The notes under the pieces: generated by a model | Databases searched by the model: none | Seen by the model: the letters and a program-made list of their open reading frames with translations, nothing else | What the model was told of the DNA's origin: nothing | Source: Octopus sinensis | Taxonomy: Eukaryota | Direction of reading: 5' to 3' | DNA: 64,000 nucleotides | Assembly (NCBI RefSeq): GCF_006345805.1 | Contig: NC_043006.1 | Location: 5,208,001 to 5,272,000, forward strand | Translations under genes and position numbers: made by a program | Shown here: positions 52,780-64,000 of the stretch, piece after piece | Numbering within the stretch: position 1 is the stretch's first letter | How the letters are laid out: each line of letters opens with the position of its first letter

Positions 52780-53530
52780 AGGCAGTGCTCTGTCTGAGGA
52801 AACATCAGTCCGCAGTGGCGCTCCTCAAGGATCTATACTGGGACCACTACTGTTTGTAGTGGCTCTCAGATATGCCATCAATCGTGCAGTTCAATACTGA
52901 TAAGTTTCAAACACTCCATTATCGACCCACAAACACACTACTGTCGGACTACATAGGGACAAGGGGTAGTGCAGTTTCAGAGTTAGGATCGGTGGGAGAC
53001 CTGAGAATCCACATGAGTAGTGATGCAATATTCCATGTGCATATTGGCAGGATGGCAACATTGTGCAGTCGAGTAACTGGATGGATCCTTAGATCATTCA
53101 GAACCAGAAATAAGGATACATCGATACTCCTATGGAGGACATTTGTCCTCAGTCGTCCGGATTACTTCTCCCTACTGTAGTCGCCGCAGAGCGTCAAATT
53201 GCCAGCGGAACTCGAGTCAATCCAGGGCCACTACACAAAGAAAATTGACTCGGTGAAACAGATGAGCTACTGGGAGAGGCTACAAGAACTGAAACTCTAC
53301 TCCCCGGAGAGAAGGAGAGAAATGTATGCAGTGATATACATATGGATGATTCTGGAAGGGATTAGAACTTATACCAACCACTGAACTGGACGGCACTGCA
53401 TAATACCAAGGATACCGTCTTCTTAATCTCAGATAAGGACCCAGGATTGCAACAGCTTGGGTTTCAGGGGACCACAGCTGTTTAAATTGTTCTTTGTGCA
53501 AGCAAAGGAAGAAAGTTTCTTCCTTAATGT
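52780..53530 (+). pseudogene. CR1/L2-type LINE ORF2 remnant (RT to C-terminus, internally deleted)
   Basis: SGAPQGSILGPLLF (RT motif), then ILRSFRTRNKD...ELESIQGHYTKKI...SYWERLQELKLYSPERRRE, typical of CR1/L2 C-termini. Confidence 0.85.
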
Positions 53531-53557
53531 TTAAAACATTCACAATCGATGTTACGA

Positions 53558-53728
53558 TATTTAATTTTCTGCATTATTTACATTATTTACATTATTTACA
53601 TTTGACGGATATTTGTCCTCGTCTTGTTTGTTGATAACACAACGTTTCGGCTGATATACCATCCAGCCTTCATCAGGTGTCTTGAGGAAATTTCGAGCCT
53701 GGGTTCTCATTCCCAAGGTATTTTCCGA
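53558..53728 (-). mobile_element. Short HHR-bearing element abutting (TAA)n, with a 9-bp tandem tail
   Basis: CATTATTTA x3 at 53572-53598; the 3' part recurs on the plus strand at 55278-55335. Confidence 0.7.
53636..53681 (-). ncRNA. Type I hammerhead ribozyme motif
   Basis: GACAC CUGAUGA A GGCUG GAUGGUAUAU CAGCC GAAAC GUU GUGUU: stem I 5 bp, stem II 5 bp, complete core. Confidence 0.78.
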
Positions 53729-53952
<224 letters not shown>

Positions 53953-55480
53953 ATATTCAGGTCATTGCTTGGAATTGAACTCGGAAATCATTCTGCCGCG
54001 AATTGGCAGAATGGTTAGAGCTTCGGATAGAATACCGTGTGGAATTTGATTCTGATCTCCAAGCTTTAAGTTCAGATTCAGTCAAAGTCAAGTTTGCCGT
54101 TGATCATCATGGGGAAGATGAATAAAGCTCTATTTTTGGTTCAACATTCGATTGCATATGTTTATATTCATTTCTGACAAATGAAGGAAAGCTCGCTAAT
54201 GATACATAAATATTTTTATGTGTCAGTGTATATGAAGTAATCTTATTAGATAAATACATTCACATGTAAAGGTTACGAAAAATATTTGCGTCTTCCGCCT
54301 AACAACAATACAAGAAGCATTGTGCATAATGTAGAAAAAAAGGATACCAGAAAGGGGTACAAAAACTGTTAGTGCTTTTTCACTGAAGAACGAAAACAGG
54401 AGTCTGTACGTTTTTCTCAGGAACACAATGTGGGTTTCAAATGACTTATTTTTTATAAATTTTGTCGGGCGATTCTTGAATAATTTTCTTCAACTTGCCG
54501 AAAATATCAACCAATTCTGTTTCATACCATACCCACCAAAAGCTCATTAGATAACTTACCCCAGTACAAAATAAAACACAAGATGGTTACAAATGGAATG
54601 CATTTGAACACTAGATGTCTTTGATTAGGTCTATCTCCAAACAAAACAAAAAAAAAACAGAAAAGAAAACAGTTATGATAACGGTATATGATATTTATAA
54701 TACGTGAATTTCGGTTATTTTAAAAATTCTTGTGGTCATTTGAAGTATTTCTTTGTCGTACATTGTACCGAAATCCAGCAAAAACTGTAACAAATGAAAT
54801 GGTTCTTTTAAGAATTTTCTTATAACCTAATGAAGAACAACCCAAATAAACGAAATATATTTTGATGAAGAATAACACAAGAGTAAACTATATAGCTGTT
54901 GAATTCTATTTAGAGATCTTGAGGAACACTTACGCAAAATAAGACTTCGGAATAATTACTTTTATTCACTGTAGTAGATCTTTAAGAAATTGGTGAATGT
55001 CAAAATATTAGTATTTTGATTGTTATTTGATATTTGTTTGCATCTCTTAATGTAAAAGTTAATCTATATCCCCATCCCAGCAAGAGGAAGTAAACATCGT
55101 CTTCATTTCTAATATGTAATAGTTCAAGTGTTTAATGATTAATTAGTTAAGAATGCATGTGATATTTTTAGCATACTGGCTCACCAATCCTCCAATGTGA
55201 AAGTTACTTCTTTGAATTTATAGAGATATTGCCTTTACACTAACTCTTAAATGTAATAACTGTCTTCACAGTGTCATTAACAAGAAACAAGATGAGGGCA
55301 AATATCCGTCAAATATAAATAATGTAAATAATGTATTTTACGCAGTGTAATGACATTCGTAAAAGTCACAGCAGTTAGAATTCATATACCTGGATTCTTT
55401 CCTGTAGTTGTGCCATCCCCAACCACTGCATTGAATGTTTTGCGTTCTTGTCCCATTTTGTATTTTTATATATATTTTTT

Positions 55481-55526
<46 letters not shown>

Positions 55527-56120
55527 ACGACGGTCTTCTTTCAGTTTCCGTCTACCAAATACACTCACAGGGCTTTGGTCGGCCCGAGGCTATAGTAGAA
55601 GACACTTGCCCAAGGTGCCACGCAGTGGGACTGAACCTGGAACTTGCTGCTATGTTTTCCGCCGCTTCATGCTTTATTTCTGCAATTGTTTTTTTTAGCG
55701 TTTAACGAATCTGCACCAGCTGGATGAAGGTGTTCACTGGAAAAATAAATAGTTTTCCGCTCATTGTTTCTCCGTTTCCGTGTGAATTCGCACTGAACAC
55801 ATGCCTCTTCTTTTCTCACATCTCCAGTATTCTTTTCCTAGTTTTGTATTGCTTGAATGAAAATCGTAGGTGTAATTACTTTCATCAACTACTTTTCTAT
55901 TGTTTTTGATCGATACTATGAACTTTGTCATTTTGGGATGGATTAATTAAAAATGTGTACACTAAATTTGCAGCACTCTCTGTACACAGCAGAAGGAAAA
56001 AGAGGAAATAAAACTGTTAACAGAGAAGGAAAAAGAACAATAATAATAATCCTATAACGATAATGGCAATCCTATAACTAGGTTCTGCTTTCTAAAGAGT
56101 TTATTTAAAATTGCACACTT

Positions 56121-56186
<66 letters not shown>

Positions 56187-56206
56187 TATATATATAATAT
56201 TATATT

Positions 56207-56510
56207 AATTAGAGACAAAACCACTATTAGGCAAATCAAACAATGAAAAACTTAAGCCAATACATAAGATTATTATATTTATATTATTTAAATATATAAT
56301 AAAATTATTAAAAAAAATTTTTTTAATAATTTTGTTATATATTTAAATAATATAATATAATAATCTTATGTATTGGCTTAAGTTTTTCATTGTTTGATTT
56401 GCCTAATAGTGGTTTATGTCTCTAATTTAATATAATATAATATTTTACTATAAAATTGGATTCAATCCTAAATCTGATTTTCCCTGTAAGTTTGGATTTA
56501 TTCCCTAATT
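56207..56510. mobile_element. Family G fold-back element, second copy
   Basis: Palindrome 56207-56427 centred at 56317/56318; the extension to ~56510 is the reverse complement of ~50905-50990. Confidence 0.88.
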
Positions 56511-56543
56511 TATTATTAATATAATATGGATAGATAGATAGAT

Positions 56544-56604
<61 letters not shown>

Positions 56605-56641
56605 GAGATAGATAGATAGATAGATATATAGATAGATAGAT

Positions 56642-56675
<34 letters not shown>

Positions 56676-57721
56676 GATATAGATATAGATATAGATGTAT
56701 GTATGATCATTATCCAGTAGCTGAAACTTGTTAAGGAACAAGACGGTAGAGTGTGCAGCTGTGACTGCAACGTCCATGAGTCTGTGCGATTGTACATGTT
56801 TATAAACAGTTGTATATGCATGAACATGTGTGCGTATGTTTATACCTTCATGACTATGCATGTGTGTTTATATTTACACACGTATATGAAATTACATATT
56901 GGTAAGCTCAAGTATGGACACATATTTTAATTCATGATACACCTGTGCAGTCAGAACATGTACTTTTAACCATAATAATTGTCACTGATACTTTAAGATT
57001 AACAATGTTTCTTCTGCATATTGTGTACAAAGAAGCGATATTTTCCTTTGTAAACGCGGGTACATTTAATGATGTGTGTCGCTATTCAAGAACAACCGTG
57101 CCATGGTTATCTAGCAATGTGCTTTAACATTCACTCGTATCTGTCTGTCTTTTCGCTAATTTTTCTAGCTTCTGACTCCCCGTACTCACAACAGTGTACA
57201 TAATTTGTCGTAACTTACTCCCTTCCTACACAGTCAGCAATTATCTACATCGAACATATCGGGCAGTAATTTCCCTAACAACTTCCCGACAGGTATCAAC
57301 ATGCTTACATCCACAATTCTACCTCAACAATGCAAAGTTGGCTCGGATTCAACCTCAGCGAAGAAGAGAAGAAAAAAATAAGTAAAAAAGATAAGAAAAC
57401 AAAAACGCAGTAACTCCGCAAATAAATTAATAGCTGATCCGGAAACCTTGCTATCTGGTACCTATTTTCCCTGAATTTGAATAATTACAAACATTGCTCT
57501 TTCTACCTAAGATTTCTAGTTTTAGGACAACACACACACGCCGGCACGCAGGTACGCAGACACACGCACGCACGCACACACACGCACACTCACACACACA
57601 CAGAAATATGTGGTTTCTACTTTAGGCAGAAAGCCAACAATTTTGAGGAAAAGGGAAAAAGCTGTTCCATCGACCCCACAAATTGACTAGAGTTTTATCA
57701 TATCCATCCGTTTACATATAT

Positions 57722-57768
<47 letters not shown>

Positions 57769-57794
57769 ACACACACAACACACACATACACACA

Positions 57795-58022
57795 AGGCGG
57801 CGAGCTGGCAGAAACGTTAGCGCGCCGGGCGAAATGCTTAGCGGTATTTCGTCAGCCGTTACGTTCTGAGTTCAAATTCCGCCGAGGTCGACTTTGCCTT
57901 TCATCCTTTCGGGGTCAATAAATAATGTACCAGTTTCGCACTGGGGTCGATGTAATCGACTTAATCCCTTTGTATGTCCTTGTTTGACCTGTCTATGTTT
58001 AGCCCCTTGTGGGTAGTAAAGA
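57795..58022 (+). mobile_element. SINE family A, monomer
   Basis: Match to family A. Confidence 0.9.
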
Positions 58023-58693
58023 TATATATATATATATATACATACGTACATATATGGTGACGTAAAAATCAAGACCTATACCCGAGTTTTGATTCAGATT
58101 TCTTGACATTAAGTTTCACAAATTTTTCTGTGATCCCAGCCTTGCTCTTCGTAATCCTTCAAACCTCAAATTTTTCTTTCTCAAGTACCAACTTCCTGAA
58201 CCCTCAAAACCCTCAAAGTACCAACTTCCGTCATCGGCCCTTATTCTCATCCCTGAAATAAAACATTAAAGTTTCAGCAGAAATAAAAATTAAAAAATGA
58301 TACAAATAAATAACCAACTATGTATTCTAAGATCAATGATATTTGTTAGAAATAACATTTTAAGGTTTGATCCCCACTTAAACGTGGATGTTTTATTAGA
58401 AGAAACTTTACTGTGATCGTTGCCATGAGAGAAGCTCTCACATTGGCTTCTTGGTGTATTTTGCATTTTGCATCCACGCTCAAGTGGGATAAATATTAAC
58501 TCTCAGTATTAATCCTGTCTTTGTCGCTAATATATATTCTTTAAAATTTGTGTTATGCGGGGGGCTTATTCTAACCCTACATTTCGTATAATGAATTATA
58601 TGTTTGTGAAAATATCGTAATATACATATAATGTCCGGTAAGACTATATATAATGTACTGTTTGTGAAATGTGGAGAATATATGTGCATCAGT

Positions 58694-59074
58694 AAGGCGG
58701 CGAGCTGGCAGAAACGTTAGCTTAGCGGTATTTCGTCTACCGCTACGTTCTGAGTTCAAATTCCGCCGAGGTCGACTTTGCTTTTCATCTTTTCGGGGTC
58801 GATTAAATGAGCTCCAGTTACCCACTGGGGTCGATGTAATCGACTTGTTCTGTTTGTCTGTCCTTGTTTGTCCTCTCTGTGTTTAGCCCCTTGTGGGTAG
58901 TAAAGAAATAGGTATTTCGTCTGCCGCTACGTTCTGAGTTCAAATTCCGCTGAGGTCGACATTGCCTTTCATCCTTTCGGGGTCGATAAATTAAGTAACA
59001 GTAGTGTACTGGTGTCGATCTAATCGACTGGCCCCCTCCCCCAAAATTGCGGGCCTTGTGCCTAGAATACAAAA
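58694..59074 (+). mobile_element. SINE family A, dimer with perfect 18-bp TSD
   Basis: GAATATATGTGCATCAGT at 58676-58693 and 59075-59092; internal period 184 bp. Confidence 0.92.
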
Positions 59075-59478
59075 GAATATATGTGCATCAGTTGATGTAG
59101 TAGTGCAAGAAACGTAGCATCAAAACATAACATCACAATGGTCTAGAGCAAATTCTTTTGTTCCTCAAACTTTTTCATTGGATACAACTGTCGAATTTTG
59201 TTTGGAAATATATATTTTCCTCCTTCAGTCATGATTAATCAAGAAAATATTCTTCATTTCGTTTCTTCGCCTTGTAAACATTGAATCAGTCTAAAGAGGC
59301 AAGAATGGAATACAGAGACGGCTAGGGAGGTAACTTTATATTTATCTGCTTCAAACTTGGCAAACGAACATACTTCCGTATATATGAATATAAACACGCA
59401 CGTTCAAGACGCGCGTATGTATTTATATGTACTTACACACATATCCCTTATACTAAATGGATCTGTGCATATATAATA

Positions 59479-59897
59479 TTTATTTATTTATTGCCCACAG
59501 GGGGCTAAACATAGAGTGGACAAACAAGGAAAGACAAACGGATTAAGTTGATTATATCGGCCCCAGTGCGTAATTGGTACTTATTTAATCGGCCCCGAAA
59601 AGATGAAAGGCAAAGTCGACCTCGGCGGAATTTGAACTCAGAACGTAACGGCAGACGAAATCCCTATTTCTTTACAACCCACAAGGGGCTAAATACAGAG
59701 AGGATAAACAAGGACAGACAAACGGATTAAGTCGATTACATCGACCCCAGTGCGTAACTGGTACTTATTTAATCGTCCTCGAAAGGATGAAAGGCAAAGT
59801 CGACCTCGGCGGAATTTAAACTCAGAACGTAGCGGCAGACGAAATACGGCTACGCATTTCGCCCAGCGTGCTAACGTTTCTGCCAGCTCGCCGCCTT
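59479..59897 (-). mobile_element. SINE family A, dimer
   Basis: Two units, 184-bp period. Confidence 0.9.
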
Positions 59898-61612
59898 ATG
59901 CATATGTAATATTAGATAAGAGATTATTAATGAACTCCACTTTCTATCAAATACCGTTTTAAATGGAACACAGATCTTCATACAATGGTTGAAACAGATC
60001 AACGTTTGTTGGACGATGAAGTAGTTTGTGTTAATAGTAAATATATTTCCTGTATTTAAAGCATCAACTATGGAAAGACAAATGGCGAAATTAAAGTTGT
60101 TAGGATTTGAACTCATTATCTAGAAGACCGAAATTAAATGTTACATGAAATTTAATCTCGTATTTAATTGTATCAGCACTTGGATCACCATCCGTAGTAT
60201 TATTTCTACTCTAAATCATTTAATAATTCTCGAATTAATTACGTGTCATTCTTTTTCGAGTGGGGATGGTTTCAGTGTACCCAGATTAAGGTAAACTGTT
60301 TAATTTTAGTTTCCTCTCAATCCCAGAATATTTGTAATAAACTTTTATGGCGCTTCATGCTACGACTGCTTTATTCTGAACCCTTTTGGTATGAGAAATT
60401 CCAGCAGAAAAGTTGAAAAAGAATAATCTAACGTCAATCATTAGGGATGGTTAGAGAGTCAATTGACCGTTGGTTATAATGTTTGCCAGATAATATACAG
60501 ACAAATCATCATAAATAAAAACTTCCGGCCGCGTGCGGAAGCCTCACCCTCAATGGAAAACAATCAAAGATTAGGGGAGACACCGATGCATCAACGGAAT
60601 TAAACGTCTTCTGAAGCAGCAGAGCGGGTTGTGTGGTTTGTCTATTAGGTTGAAGTCATAGGTGTCTATGGGCAAATCAAAACCAATAGGACGCCAGTGG
60701 GTCTTTGACGCTTCGTTAAAGATTAAAAACGAAGACGAATTGACGGCCCTTGGGACCCGAACTGATATAATAAAAATGAAAATGTATTTCAACCTTGCAA
60801 TAAACGCTGTCTGCCCCCTTTTCACTTATTTACACACACATATATATATATATACACGTACAAAAACTATACATAAATAAATATACACATAGAAAGAACT
60901 ATATGAAAATATATAAACCACATATACATAAATACATACGTAACTGCAGCGATACGATTACACCCAAACATACATTCACATATACAGACGAGCAAGCGTA
61001 GACTCATGTATGAACACACACACACGTGCATAGTCTTTCTCTGTCCCTGTCTCTGTCCTCCTCCCTTGTGTCTGTCAATATATGCGTATGTGGGTGTATG
61101 TTTATATATATATACATACATGTTCATATATATATGTGTATATATATGTGTATGTATATATATATATATATATATGTATCTGTTCATACGCGCACATGTT
61201 CACACACACATTGAGGAACTTCAAGATATGTAAGTATTCAATTCTATGTATATTTTAGGTTGTATACGTGTGTATGTGCTTATGTATATATATTTGTGTG
61301 TGCGCGTTTACAAAGCATTTATATGGAACAAAACGGGTGGGAATATGTGTAAAAGTATTTAAAGAAGAAAGGCACTCCTCGTTTTTTTTTTCTGGTAGGT
61401 GTTGCTTAAGTATAATCGAAATTAGAACTGTTAAGCATAAAATGCAAATAAAACGGTGGTCCAGTTTCGAATCTCAGTCGCAATGGCTTTAATTATTCAT
61501 TGACTAAAGCCACATAAATGTCAAGCCTCTGGTATACCATCGCCTATTAATACGAGTCATAATATCATAACTCACAATTTTGCCATCTGTCTTCCCTTTC
61601 TCTCTCCTCGAT

Positions 61613-61679
<67 letters not shown>

Positions 61680-61716
61680 ATATATCTACCTGGATTTATT
61701 AAACCCCTATATCTTT

Positions 61717-61768
<52 letters not shown>

Positions 61769-61795
61769 GATAGATAGATAGATAGATATATGGGG

Positions 61796-61842
<47 letters not shown>

Positions 61843-61942
61843 TGTAGGTTTGTCTATCTGTCTGACTCTCTGTCTGTTTTTCTCTTTATATAACTCCTTA
61901 TATTAAACTCAACTTTTTCCCTCTACTTAACCATCTCACATC

Positions 61943-61990
61943 GTCTCTGAAGAAGGAATATCCCTAATATCCCAGAAACAGCTGTAAGAC
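61943..61990 (+). ncRNA. Type I hammerhead ribozyme motif
   Basis: GUCU CUGAAGA A GGAAUAU CCCUA AUAUCCC A GAAAC AGCU GUA AGAC: stem I 4 bp, stem II 6 of 7, palindromic ACAGCUGU stem III. Confidence 0.62.
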
Positions 61991-62559
61991 TAACTTTCTC
62001 TTTATAAATGTCCAGAAAATATATATTTACATTGCCAAAGCAAAGTATTCCAAAGCAAAGGATTAAATGCAAAATAAAATCAAAAATAAGTAAAACTAAT
62101 GACACATCCGCTAACCAATAGATTTCTTCTATATGATTACTTCTTTTTGTGAACCTATAAAAAACTATCCCATGGCACATCTAAATATATGCATCTGTTT
62201 ACAAAGTTCTACACGCATGAAAAAATTCTAAATAAAAGTAACCCTAAATTTAATCAATAAAAAATATCCTCCATTACAACACACCATGCAATCTAAATAT
62301 TATTGAACCAAATCCCACAAACCCAGAAAAAGAAATTTAACTCAACAGCGACTATATAAAGACAAGATTAACTTAATGCATCACAGTCGGGTGATGGGTT
62401 AGTTGACCGAAATTTCGAAGTTACTGTCAACACTATTCTTGTTGAAGGATAATAAATTTGTAGTCCACAAAAATAAGTCGTAACCATTCAGATTAATGTA
62501 AATTTGTTTCTATTTTAACTAAACATTAAAACAAAGATATATCTTTGTGTATATATGTG

Positions 62560-62602
<43 letters not shown>

Positions 62603-62606
62603 ACAT

Positions 62607-62637
<31 letters not shown>

Positions 62638-62638
62638 A

Positions 62639-62831
62639 ATAGGGAGAGTTTACGAAAAAAACAAAAGACGAAGACAGGCGGTGTACAAAACAAACAGATG
62701 TATTAGTATAACGCTCAGGAATAGAAAAAGTCTTTTACGTTTCTAGCCTACGCTCTTCTACAGAAAGGAACACAGAAAGAAACAAGGAGATAAAAAATGT
62801 GTGTAGTGGCTAACGATCTATCATGGCGACT
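62639..62831 (-). mobile_element. Short HHR-bearing element abutting (TA)n
   Basis: ~190-bp non-SSR unit with the same layout as family E but unrelated flanks. Confidence 0.55.
62732..62767 (-). ncRNA. Degenerate type I hammerhead ribozyme motif
   Basis: CUUU CUGUAGA A GAGC GUAG GCUA GAAAC GUA AAAG: perfect stem I; an A6-to-U core change and a stem II base mismatch suggest decay. Confidence 0.5.
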
Positions 62832-62884
62832 AAATACATACCTGTGCACAAGCGGGCGCGCACACACACATACACACATAACAT

Positions 62885-63645
62885 TTTGTGTTTGCATGAA
62901 GAGACTAGTTCAGTTTCTGTTCAGAATTTGGTTCTTGAATGTGAGTATATGGTAGGATTCATTACTACCATAATTAGCAGGCTTTGTTGTTAACTTGGTG
63001 TAGTTGTGCGTGTGAAAGTATGAAAGCATTTTTCATCTGATGCTAGTAGAAGTATCTTTAATTTAGGTGTTCATATACGTTTGAATAATTATGTATAATT
63101 TTCCTATTTGGGTTAAGAAAAGTGTGCGTGTGATGATTGTACTGTGTCTTGAACTAGCTTGCTTTAGATTTTATATATGTAGATGGCACTTGGTGTCATG
63201 TTCGTGGTTACTGTTACGCTATAGACAGTTTTGCTTGAGAGACAGTTTCCTTCAGGAGGACAGGATAAAGGTGTTCTACAATTGCAATTGTTAATATGTG
63301 TGTAAATTAAGTTGTCGCTTTTTGAGAGGTTTTGGTGGTTGGAATTGGCTACAGTTTTTCAAAGTTGTTGGATGTGGAATATAACAATTTTCCGTTGCAT
63401 TTTTTTATTAGTTTGAAGTAATTATGGTCGGGATGGAAGTGTAGTAGTTTGAAAAAGGATTTAGCTATCGGTGTGGAGGCTAAACCAGGTTATTTTACTT
63501 TTACGTTTTCTAATTTTTATTTATTGTGGGAGGTTTTTTGTTTACATACCGTGATGTAGATAACTCTTCCAGTCTTTAGGTGACTTTCGGTCTTTCCTGT
63601 CAGTTAATTTTTTGTCCGCTACAGTTTTAATCTTTATGCACTCCC
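62885..63645 (-). pseudogene. Penelope-like element remnant (Cys-rich linker plus GIY-YIG endonuclease)
   Basis: Frameshifted fragments CNCRTPLSCPPEGNCLSSKTVY, FKTQYNHHT and ESYHILTFKNQILNR resemble PLE linker and GIY-YIG motifs. Confidence 0.7.
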
Positions 63646-63812
63646 ATGCCGTTGACTGTTCAGCAATACATAATAAAGCTCTTCCTGAAAAAAGGAGACA
63701 TAAAAATCGTCAAATTTAGCCCGGACACCTCTCTCTCCCCCTCTCTTTTTTCTCTCTCTCTCTCTTTCTCTCTCTCTTTTTTCTCTCTCTCTCCCTCTTT
63801 TTTCTCTCTCTC

Positions 63813-63849
<37 letters not shown>

Positions 63850-63969
63850 ATAAAAACGGTAAGATAGCAGAAGAAAGAGATCTCGATATTATGTAAATAG
63901 AGGAATTTATCTTGGCTACCGAATAATTGTCACATATTACATTATATACATACATACAACATACATACA

Positions 63970-64000
<31 letters not shown>

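Overview
AT-rich, microsatellite-saturated animal genomic DNA. The SINE families and repeat texture suggest a coleoid cephalopod, probably Octopus; this is inferred from recall, not from a search. There is one supportable host gene: a single-exon twist bHLH CDS on the minus strand (44981-45568). It has a well-spaced TATA+Inr core promoter and lies in a ~3.4-kb repeat-free island. The rest is largely mobile DNA: four tRNA-derived SINE families, non-autonomous Helitrons, a decayed full-length Tc1 element with DD35E spacing, a 103-bp mariner-type MITE, a CR1/L2-type LINE remnant and Penelope-like (PLE) remnants. The most striking unannotated signal is a set of short elements next to (TA)n or (TAA)n microsatellites. 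At least five unrelated families carry minimal type I hammerhead ribozyme (HHR) motifs. Several TA-adjacent elements are folded back into near-perfect palindromes, including a 326-bp one with an HHR on each strand. A 100-N assembly gap lies at 34159-34258. Almost all ORFs in the supplied track are microsatellite translation artefacts.
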